Notes under the pieces: generated by a model
Databases searched by the model: none
What the model saw: only the letters and a program-made list of their open reading frames with translations
What the model was told of the DNA's origin: nothing
Source: Candidatus Eiseniibacteriota bacterium
GTDB lineage: Bacteria > Eisenbacteria > RBG-16-71-46
Length of the DNA stretch: 64,000 nt
Direction: 5' to 3'
Assembly: GCA_963725865.1 (NCBI GenBank)
Contig: CAVSAC010000010.1
Span: 832,001 to 896,000 of the forward strand
Program-made: the position numbers and the translations under genes
Shown: positions 18,877-26,896 of the stretch, one piece after another
Layout of the letters: each line of letters opens with the position of its first letter
Numbering within the stretch: the first letter of the stretch is position 1

Positions 18877-20269
18877 TCATGGCGTCATCGCCTGCAGCCG
18901 CGTGCGGAGCCCCGCGATGGTCGACTCGCTGCGCTGCCCCGCGGGCAGCGATTGCGCGAATTCCAGCGCCTCCCCGAGCGTGCGCCGCGCCGCATCGCGA
19001 TCCCCGCGACCGTTGAAGAGCTGGACGCGCACATTGTAGAGCGTCAGCTTGCGCGGGCCGTAGACCCTCACCATCGCGCGATCCGAGGCCGCCACCCCCT
19101 CGTCCCAGCGGCGCAGCGCGTTGTACGCGATCGCCAGGCGCGCGGGTGGATTGTAATCGTCGGGCGCGTCACGCTCCGACGCCTCGAGCATCGGGATCGC
19201 GCGCTCGGCCTGACCCAGATCCAGGTAGGCGCTCAGCCGGTGCGAATCGAACACCATGCGCGCCGCGGGCGACGTCGCCCGCTCGGCCTGCTCGTCGAGG
19301 AAGGCCGACCACGCGACGGTGTTGGCGTGGACCGCCGGCGCTGTCGCCGAGCGCATCGAGCGCCTCGCCGATCGCGATGAACAGCCCCGAGCGGTCGTCG
19401 GCCGCCATCGCGATCGTGCGGTCGGCGACCAGGTCGCGCGCGGGCGGCAGCAGCGCGTGGATCCACTCCGCGCGCGCGGCCAGCGTGTCGGGCAGCTCGA
19501 TCGCGCAGCCGAGCCCGCTCCCCGCGATGTTCGCCGCCGAGACCGTGCGGCCGAGCCTCGGCAGGGCCGCGAGCGCCGACGTGGCGCCGGTCTCGTACGC
19601 CGACGCCCGCGACGCCGCGAACAGCAGCGCCTCGGTCGCGCGCGCATAGGACGGCCAGTCGGCGGGCGCGCGATCGAGCGCCGCGCGGTACGCGAGCACC
19701 GCGGCCGAGTCGTCGCCGGCAGCATACGCGCGGTCCGCGCGCGCCAGCGCGCTGTCCGCCGGTGTGCGCCCGCGCGGCTCGCCGTGGCGCTCCACCGCCA
19801 GCCGGCCGTCGGCCACGAAGCGCTCCACCTGCGGCACCGTCATCGCCCCCACCCACTTCAAGGCGACGGTCTCATCCCGCGGGTCGACGACGTAGAACGT
19901 CGGCAGCGCCGCCAGGGCCAGCGGGCGCTTGCTGTGCGGCGCGTTGACCGCCTTCTCCATGTCGAGTTCGAGCCAGACGGACCGTCCGGCAAGCCCCGCG
20001 AGAGCCTCGTCCGTGAAGACGAACGCCCTCATGGAGCGACACGTGTGTCACCACGGCGCCCAGGCTTCGACGAACACCGGCAGATGACGCTGGCGCGCCA
20101 TTTCCATCGCGCGCGACCAGTCGTCGCGCACGAACGGCAACACGCTGCGCGGCCCGGCCGCCGCGGGCACCGATCGCCGGGCCGCAACCGCCCGCCCGCG
20201 CGATGGCGCACCGACCGCGAACGACAGAGCAAGCACCAGAACGGGTACCACCCAACGGAGTCGTGCCAT
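18877..20269 (-). CDS. Secreted thioredoxin-fold plus TPR protein; candidate selenoprotein (TGA at 20050-20048); apparent frameshift near 19335
   Basis: Signal peptide; PVFVEAWAPW-TGA-HTCRSM continues in frame into ORF 19169..20032 (cis-Pro loop ALPTFYVVD); C-terminal TPR part (DYNPPARLA) lies in ORF 18877..19725. Confidence 0.82.
20000..20030 (-). promoter_or_regulatory. Candidate SECIS-like hairpin downstream of the in-frame UGA
   Basis: GAGGGC-GU-UCGUCU-UCAC-GGACGA-G-GCUCUC starting about 18 nt after the UGA. Confidence 0.45.
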
Positions 20270-20407
20270 GCGTGGAAAACTAGCAGAGCGTCCGAGCGCA
20301 TCCAATTCCGCCCAGCCCCTGTGCAGCCGAGGTGCACCCGTTCGTCGCAATCCGTGCGGCGAGCCGCTCGCTTGGGACGAACGCCGGGTGTCCCGAGCCC
20401 GCGGGGA

Positions 20408-20558
20408 GCGCCGGGAGCGGGCCAGCAGGCGAGCAGGAAGGGATCGTGAGCCGGACCGCGGCAGGAAGCCGCGGTCCGAGCGAACGCAGCGCCGCCGCGG
20501 GCAGGATGCCCGCGGCAAAGCGACCTTTCCGGATCGCCTGCTGGCCCGCTCCCGGCGC
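20408..20558 (+). repeat. Structured intergenic element: 25-bp perfect terminal inverted repeat enclosing two hairpins with AGGAA and AGGAT loops
   Basis: Arms 20408-20432 and 20534-20558; inner hairpins 20452-20478 and 20494-20516. Confidence 0.85.
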
Positions 20559-20747
20559 GGAGCACGTTCATCTCCGACAGCCCGCCGGCCCGCTCCCGGC
20601 GCGGCGTGCGGCCGCCTTCCGTGAGCCCGCCGCGCGCTCGTGCCCCAAATGGCCGCGCTCGCGCGCCGAGGATCGTACCCGCCAGCCGCGATGCCTAGAG
20701 TCGCGCGCGTTCCCAGCGTTCGTCGACCCCCTCACGCGGAGGACCCC

Positions 20748-21527
20748 ATGCCCGTCGTCAGCACCCACGCCCCCGGCACCTTCTGCTGGTTCGAGCTCAA
20801 CACCACGGACATCGCGGCCGCCCGCAAGTTCTACATGGCCCTGTTCGGCTGGTCGATGCGCGAGGACCCCACCGGCGCCTCGCCGTACACCATGTTCCGC
20901 ATCGGCGAGAACGACGTCGCAGCCGGCTACACCATGATGAAGGAACAGCTCGCGGCCGGCACGCCGCCGCACTGGATGCAGTACGTCAGCGTCGCCAGCG
21001 CCGCCGACACCACTGCGAAGGCGACCGCGGCCGGCGGCACCGTGCTGATGGGACCGATGGACGTCATGGACATCGGGCGCATGGCGGTGCTCCGCGACCC
21101 GCAGGGCGCGAGCTTCGCGATCTGGGAGCCGCTGAAGCACTTCGGCGTCAGTCGCGTCGGCGAGCTGAACACCCACTGCTGGAGCGAGCTCATGACGCCC
21201 GACGCCGCGGGCGCGGAGCGGTTCTACACCCGGACGCTGCCGTGGACGGCGAAGCACGAGTCGATGGGCGGCGTCCAGTACGTGACGTGGAAGCGCGGCG
21301 AGTCGCAGGCCGCCGGCATGATGACGCTGGAGCCGGGGCAGCGCGAGGTGCCGCCGCACTGGGGCCTCTACTTCTCGGTCGCCGACTGCGATGCCGCGGT
21401 GGCGAAGGCGAGCAGCCTCGGCGGCAAGGTGCTGCATCCGGCGTTCGACGCCGGCGACGTCGGTCGTTGTGCCCTGCTCGCCGACCCGCAGGGTGCGCCG
21501 TTCTGGGTCATCCGGCTGAAGAAGTAG
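20748..21527 (+). CDS. VOC/glyoxalase family protein (two domains)
   Basis: PGTFCWFELNTTD..FYMALFGW, HWMQYVSV, GRMAVLRDPQGA; the pattern repeats in the C-terminal half. Confidence 0.92.
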   Translation: MPVVSTHAPGTFCWFELNTTDIAAARKFYMALFGWSMREDPTGASPYTMFRIGENDVAAGYTMMKEQLAAGTPPHWMQYVSVASAADTTAKATAAGGTVLMGPMDVMDIGRMAVLRDPQGASFAIWEPLKHFGVSRVGELNTHCWSELMTPDAAGAERFYTRTLPWTAKHESMGGVQYVTWKRGESQAAGMMTLEPGQREVPPHWGLYFSVADCDAAVAKASSLGGKVLHPAFDAGDVGRCALLADPQGAPFWVIRLKK

Positions 21528-21549
21528 CGGCACCGGCGCACGAACACGA

Positions 21550-21577
21550 CCGCCGCGGCTCGCAGGAGCCGCGGCGG
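21550..21577. terminator. GC-rich hairpin between convergent genes
   Basis: CCGCCGCGGCTC-GCAG-GAGCCGCGGCGG; no clear U-tract. Confidence 0.55.
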
Positions 21578-21624
21578 CGTCGTTCCGGACCAGCCGGTCG
21601 CGCGGGGGGCGCCCCGCGCCGCGC

Positions 21625-22713
21625 CTAGAAGAAGCGCTTCACGAAGCCCAGGGCGCCCTGCTTCCAGGGCACGCGGTGCGACACCCCCGAGCTGGTCCCG
21701 AAGTCCGCGCGGTGCGCCAGGTACCACTCGTAGTTGCGGATCAGCGCCTGCTTGTTCGAGAACTGCGGGCGGTAGCCGATCACGCGCTCGGCCTTCTCGA
21801 CCGAGACGAACGAGTCCTTGCTGGCGGTCTCGTACACCCACTTGTAGAGCGGCGACAGGTGGAGCAGCTCCAGCAGGCGCAGCGCCCAGATCACCGGCGC
21901 CGCGGGGAAGCCGCGCACCCGCTTGCCGAATCCCGCGTGATCGAGCACCGCCTGGTAGTCCTCGCCCATCGTGGTGAATTCCCGGGCGCCGATGTTGAAC
22001 GTGTCGTTGACGGTGGCGCGGTCGAGCGTCAGGCACAGCACGATCGCCTGGCAGAGGTCCTCGACGTCCAGCAGCTGGTAGCGGTTCCGGCCGCTGCCGA
22101 TCATCGGGAAGCCGCGGCCGTCCTGCGCCCAGTCGTAGAACAGCGCGAACACCCCCAGCCGCTCCGGCCCGATGAAGCTCTTGGGGCGGATGATCGGCAC
22201 GCACAGACCCTGCTTCACGAACTCCGCGCACACGCCCTCGCCCGCGACCTTGGCGTTGCCGTAGGGGCCGACGCCGTCGAGCTTGTCGGTTTCGACCAGC
22301 GGGTGGTGATCGGGGATCCCGTAGACGGCGGTGGACGAGATGTGCACCGCGCGCTGGACGCCGTGCGCCAGCGCACTCGCGAGCACGTTGCGGGTGCCGT
22401 CGATGCCGGTGGTCATGATGTCGTGCGGCGGGTAGAGCGGCAGCGCCATGGCGCCGTGCACCACCAGGTCCACGCCTTCCATCGCCCGATCCACCGCGGC
22501 GCGGTCGCGGATGTCGCCCACCACCGCCTCGACCCGGTCCTTGCAGTCCTGGTAGTCGAACGGGAGCAGGTCGATCGACCGCACGCGCAGCCCGCGGGCG
22601 AGCAGATAGCGGATCAGGTTGATCCCCAGGAAGCCGGAGCCGCCGGTGACGAGCACCCGGGCGGGGGCGCCATCGCGGCCGGTGGGGGTCGGGAACGTGG
22701 GGGAAGCACTCAC
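21625..22713 (-). CDS. NAD-dependent epimerase/dehydratase (extended SDR)
   Basis: VLVTGGSGFLG, ISSTAVYG, YGNAK catalytic motif. Confidence 0.92.
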   Translation of the reverse strand: MSASPTFPTPTGRDGAPARVLVTGGSGFLGINLIRYLLARGLRVRSIDLLPFDYQDCKDRVEAVVGDIRDRAAVDRAMEGVDLVVHGAMALPLYPPHDIMTTGIDGTRNVLASALAHGVQRAVHISSTAVYGIPDHHPLVETDKLDGVGPYGNAKVAGEGVCAEFVKQGLCVPIIRPKSFIGPERLGVFALFYDWAQDGRGFPMIGSGRNRYQLLDVEDLCQAIVLCLTLDRATVNDTFNIGAREFTTMGEDYQAVLDHAGFGKRVRGFPAAPVIWALRLLELLHLSPLYKWVYETASKDSFVSVEKAERVIGYRPQFSNKQALIRNYEWYLAHRADFGTSSGVSHRVPWKQGALGFVKRFF

Positions 22714-22875
22714 GGCGCGTGTCCTCGGAGGTCAGGGGGTCGTGCCGCGGAGAGGGCACCGTGTCCGGCGTGCCCGCGGCCAGCGTGATGGAGGCCGATC
22801 CTCCGTGAGGACCGGATCGACCGCGACGCGCGGGAACCTACCCTACCGGCCGCGCGGCGGCCAAGTCCGCCCGCG

Positions 22876-24438
22876 TCAGACCGGCTGGTGCTCGGGCCGC
22901 AGCAGGTCGTTCACGGTCTTGACCGGCGTGAACACCTCGAGCGGCACGTCCACGAAGCGCGTGAGCCAGCCGGCCATCGCGCCGTTCCACAGTCCCGGGC
23001 GCTCGAGCGCGACCAGCGCGCGGCCACCGGCGCTCTTGTGGGTGACGATCACCGCGTCAGGATCGATGAAGCGGGCCAGCTCATGCGGCGCGCCGGCCGC
23101 ATCGCGCAGCAGGCCGACCAGGAACACCGGGTTGAAGTGGGTCGCCGCGCGGAGCCGCGCCTGCTGCTCGCGCGAGGCCGGATCCACCTCGGAGGCCTCC
23201 ACGATCTGCGGGCGCTCGGCGCCGTCGCGGCCGCGCACCCAGAACGGACCGCCGCCGGGCTCGCCCGTGTTGGGCACCATGCCGCATACCCGCACCGGAC
23301 GGTCGAGCAGCGCGCGCAGCACCGCGCGGCGCGCGCCCGCAGTATCGGGGGCAGGCGCCAGCCCCAGCGTCTCGCGCGCGTACGCGGCGGCCGCGTCGCA
23401 CGCGCCGCCGTCCCCGGCGTCCGCCAGCCGCGCGAGCAGTGCGTGCACCTGCTCGGCGGTCTCGAGCCCGAGGCCGGCGAGCGCCCCCCACCACGCCAGC
23501 GTGGCGTCGCGGCGGCCGTCGGGCTGCACGTTGTCGACGTTCTTGATCAGCACCACGTCGCCGCCTACCGCGCCGAGGTTGCCGATCAGCGCCCCGTGCC
23601 CGGAAGGGCGCAGCAGCAGCTCGCCGCGCGCGTCGCGGAACGGCCGCCCGTCGCCGTCGAGCGCCAGCGTGTCGGTCGCCGGCGACTGCACCGAGAAGCC
23701 GACCTCGAAGTGCGCCCGATGCCGCGCGCCGACGCGCGGCGCGGCCTCGGCGAGCAGCGCCTCGAAGCCCGCGCGGTGCTCCGGGCTCACGGTGAAGTGC
23801 GCGCGGCAGAGGCCGCCCGCGTCGCGCGCGACGAGGGCGGCCTCCTCGAGCTGCTCCTCGAACGCGGTGCGCGGCCCGGCCGGCGAGCGATGGAACGCGA
23901 GCAGCCCCTTGGGCCGCTCGGCGTAGCCGAGGCCGGCGGGGCCGAGCAACGCCGCGAGGATCGCCTCGATCGGGCCGGCGTCGGCGAGCCGCGCGAGCAC
24001 GCCGCCGTGGCGCGCGAGCGTGGCGGCGAGCGCATCGTGGAACGCGAAGCGCGGCAGGCCCTCGACGAACGCGAGCACCGCGCGGGCGTCCGGATCGTGC
24101 GCCGCTGCCGCCGCCAGATCCGCGCGCGTCGTCGCGCCGCCGCGGGCCTGCCAGGCCAGCAGCTCCTTGAACATGCGGCTGGCGGCCCCCGAGGCGGGCA
24201 CGAAGCGTGACAGGCGGCCGGCCTCCGCGGCGCGCGCGGCGCGCTCCTGAAGTGCGGCGAGCCGCGCACCCTCGAGCCGCTCGATCCCATCGCCCGGCGT
24301 GCACGGGCGCACCAGCGCGGCGTAAGTCGGCGGGGCCGCCAGCCGCGTGAGCTGCGCCGCAGCCTCCGCGGGAGCGATCCCGCGCGCCGCGAGCGCGGCG
24401 CGATCGGTGGCGGTGAGCAGCGCGGCGGGGTCGGTCAT
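22876..24438 (-). CDS. DUF4301 family protein
   Basis: FVPASGAASRMFK, PKGLLAFH, RPSGHGALIGNL, IKNVDNV, RPVRVCGMVPNTGEPGGGPFW, THFNPV, LERPGLWNGAMA, FTPVKTVNDLL. Confidence 0.88.
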   Translation of the reverse strand: MTDPAALLTATDRAALAARGIAPAEAAAQLTRLAAPPTYAALVRPCTPGDGIERLEGARLAALQERAARAAEAGRLSRFVPASGAASRMFKELLAWQARGGATTRADLAAAAAHDPDARAVLAFVEGLPRFAFHDALAATLARHGGVLARLADAGPIEAILAALLGPAGLGYAERPKGLLAFHRSPAGPRTAFEEQLEEAALVARDAGGLCRAHFTVSPEHRAGFEALLAEAAPRVGARHRAHFEVGFSVQSPATDTLALDGDGRPFRDARGELLLRPSGHGALIGNLGAVGGDVVLIKNVDNVQPDGRRDATLAWWGALAGLGLETAEQVHALLARLADAGDGGACDAAAAYARETLGLAPAPDTAGARRAVLRALLDRPVRVCGMVPNTGEPGGGPFWVRGRDGAERPQIVEASEVDPASREQQARLRAATHFNPVFLVGLLRDAAGAPHELARFIDPDAVIVTHKSAGGRALVALERPGLWNGAMAGWLTRFVDVPLEVFTPVKTVNDLLRPEHQPV

Positions 24439-24613
24439 GGCGGCGCAGGATAGTGAAGCGGGCGAAGCGGCGGCAAGCGGAGCGGCCCGCGGCCGCGGCG
24501 GTCGACCGTGCGCCGGCGCCCGCGTACGAATCGTTGACGGCCCGCGCCGACCCCGCCTAGAGTCGCCGCGCATTCCCCACGCTTCGCGTGCCGATCGACC
24601 GAGGAGGAGCTCC

Positions 24614-26896
24614 GTGAGCGCTCGCCCGCCAACCGTCCACACGCCGTTCGCGTCGTACATCCCCGCCGAGGCCCGGCTGCCCGAGTTCAGCGCCCGCGCG
24701 CTGATCCTGGGCACCCTGCTGGGCGCGGTGTTCGGCGCCTCGTCGCTCTACCTGGTGCTCAAGGTGGGGCTGACCGTCAGCGCCTCGATTCCGGTGGCGG
24801 TGATCTCGGTCATCCTGTTCAAGTTCGCGCACGTGTTCGGGGTCAAGGACGCCAGCATCCTCGAGAACAACCTGGTGCAGACCGCCGGCTCGGCCGGCGA
24901 GTCGATCGCGTTCGGCGTGGGCGTGACGATGCCGGCGATCATGATCCTCGGGTTCGACCTCGAGCTGACCCGGGTCGCGCTGGTGGCGGTGCTCGGCGGA
25001 CTGCTCGGCATCCTCATGATGATCCCGCTGCGGCGCGCGCTGATCGTGCAGCAGCACGGCAAGCTCAAGTACCCGGAGGGCACCGCGTGCGCCGAGGTGC
25101 TCAAGGCCGGCGCCTCCGAGGAGTCGCGCGCGGCGGCGTCGGTCGAGGCCAAGGCGGCCGAGCTGGTGGGCCCGCAGCGCGGGCTGTCGGCGCGCACCAT
25201 CTTCACCGGCTTCGGCGTCGGCCTGGTGTACAAGGCGGCGATGTCGGCGTTCCGCGGCTGGAAGGACGTCCCCGAGCGCATCTTCAGCAAGCCGTTCACG
25301 GCCGGCTCGATCTCGGCCGAGATCTCGCCCGAGCTGCTCGGCGTCGGCTACATCATCGGCCCGCAGATCGCCTCGATCATGTGCGCGGGCGGCGTGCTCG
25401 CGTACCTGGTGATGATCCCGATGATCAAGTTCTTCGGCGAGCACATCACCGGCCCGCTCGCCCCCGGCACCATCCCGATCGCCGACATGGGTCCGTCGCA
25501 GATCCGCAGCGCGTACGTGCTCTACATCGGCGCCGGCGCGGTGGCCGCGGGTGGCATCATCTCGCTGGCGCGCTCGCTGCCCACCATCTGGCACGGGCTC
25601 AAGGAGGGCCTGCGCGACGTCACCGCCGTCCGCGGCGCCGCCGACCCGCACCGCACCGAGCACGACCTGCCCATGAACGTCGTGTTCATCGGCATCCTGG
25701 CGCTGGTGGCGGCGATCGTGTTCGCCAAGCCGCTCCACATGAATCTGCTCGGCGCGATCCTGATCGTGGTGTTCGGGTTCCTGTTCGTCACCGTGTCGTC
25801 GCGCCTGGTGGGTGAGATCGGCTCGTCGTCGAACCCGATCTCGGGCATGACCGTGGCGACGCTGCTGCTCACGTGCCTCATCTTCCTGGCGGTGGGCTGG
25901 ACCGGCGGCCTCTACTACGTGACCGCGCTCTCGGTCGGCGGCATCGTGTGCATCGCGGCCTCCAACGGCGGCGGCACCTCGCAGGCGCTCAAGACCGGCT
26001 TCCTGGTCGGCGCCACTCCGCGCTACCAGCAGATCGCGATCCTGGTGGGCGCCTTGTTCTCGTCGCTGCTGCTCGGGCCCATCCTGCTCAAGCTGAACGA
26101 GTCCGCCACCGTGTACGTGCCGATCGCGCAGGTCGCCCCGGCCGGGCTGTCCACGGACGTGTCGAAGCTCGCGAAGACCGACTGGATCCGCGGCGCACAG
26201 GCCGAGGCCACGCGCACGACCTACCACGTGTGGCAGAAGACCGACGACATCGGCGCGCCCGCCGGCAAGTACCTGGTCAACGACGCGGGCGCCGCGGTGT
26301 GGCTCGCCGACCCGGGCATCAACGGCACGTTCACGAAGCGGCCCGACGGCACCCCGGTGCGCAAGTTCGACGCGCCCAAGGCGACGCTGATGTCGTACAT
26401 CATCAAGGGCATCCTCGACCGCCATCTGCCGTGGGGGCTGGTGCTGTTCGGGGTGATGATCGCGGTGGTGCTCGAGATGTCGGGCATCCCGTCGCTGGCG
26501 TTCGCGGTCGGCGTCTACCTGCCGCTCTCGTCGTCCTCGCCCATCCTGATCGGCGGCTGGGTGCGCTGGCTGGTGGACCGCAAGCTCCGGAAGGACCTCG
26601 CGCACCACAACCTGACCGACGAGCAGATGGCGGCCGAGGCCGACAAGAGCCCGGGCGTGCTGCTCGCGTCGGGCTACATCGCCGGCGGCGCGATCGCCGG
26701 GATCATCATCGCGTTCGTGACCGGCGGCATGGAGAAGCTCGACGCGAAGCTCGCGGCGTGGGCGGGCGCGCACAATCCGTTCTTCAACGGCCCGCACGCC
26801 GACCTGCTCTCGCTGATCCCGTTCGCGCTGCTGAGCGGGCTGCTGCTGTTCACGGGCTGGGAGATGGTGCTGGCCAGCAAGAAGGCCCGGGCATGA
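24614..26896 (+). CDS. OPT family oligopeptide transporter
   Basis: LKVGLTVSASIP, LENNLVQT, LKYPEGTAC, SSNPISGM, LKTGFLVGATP, APKATLM, FAVGVYLP; GTG start after GAGGAGGAG. Confidence 0.95.
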   Translation: MSARPPTVHTPFASYIPAEARLPEFSARALILGTLLGAVFGASSLYLVLKVGLTVSASIPVAVISVILFKFAHVFGVKDASILENNLVQTAGSAGESIAFGVGVTMPAIMILGFDLELTRVALVAVLGGLLGILMMIPLRRALIVQQHGKLKYPEGTACAEVLKAGASEESRAAASVEAKAAELVGPQRGLSARTIFTGFGVGLVYKAAMSAFRGWKDVPERIFSKPFTAGSISAEISPELLGVGYIIGPQIASIMCAGGVLAYLVMIPMIKFFGEHITGPLAPGTIPIADMGPSQIRSAYVLYIGAGAVAAGGIISLARSLPTIWHGLKEGLRDVTAVRGAADPHRTEHDLPMNVVFIGILALVAAIVFAKPLHMNLLGAILIVVFGFLFVTVSSRLVGEIGSSSNPISGMTVATLLLTCLIFLAVGWTGGLYYVTALSVGGIVCIAASNGGGTSQALKTGFLVGATPRYQQIAILVGALFSSLLLGPILLKLNESATVYVPIAQVAPAGLSTDVSKLAKTDWIRGAQAEATRTTYHVWQKTDDIGAPAGKYLVNDAGAAVWLADPGINGTFTKRPDGTPVRKFDAPKATLMSYIIKGILDRHLPWGLVLFGVMIAVVLEMSGIPSLAFAVGVYLPLSSSSPILIGGWVRWLVDRKLRKDLAHHNLTDEQMAAEADKSPGVLLASGYIAGGAIAGIIIAFVTGGMEKLDAKLAAWAGAHNPFFNGPHADLLSLIPFALLSGLLLFTGWEMVLASKKARA

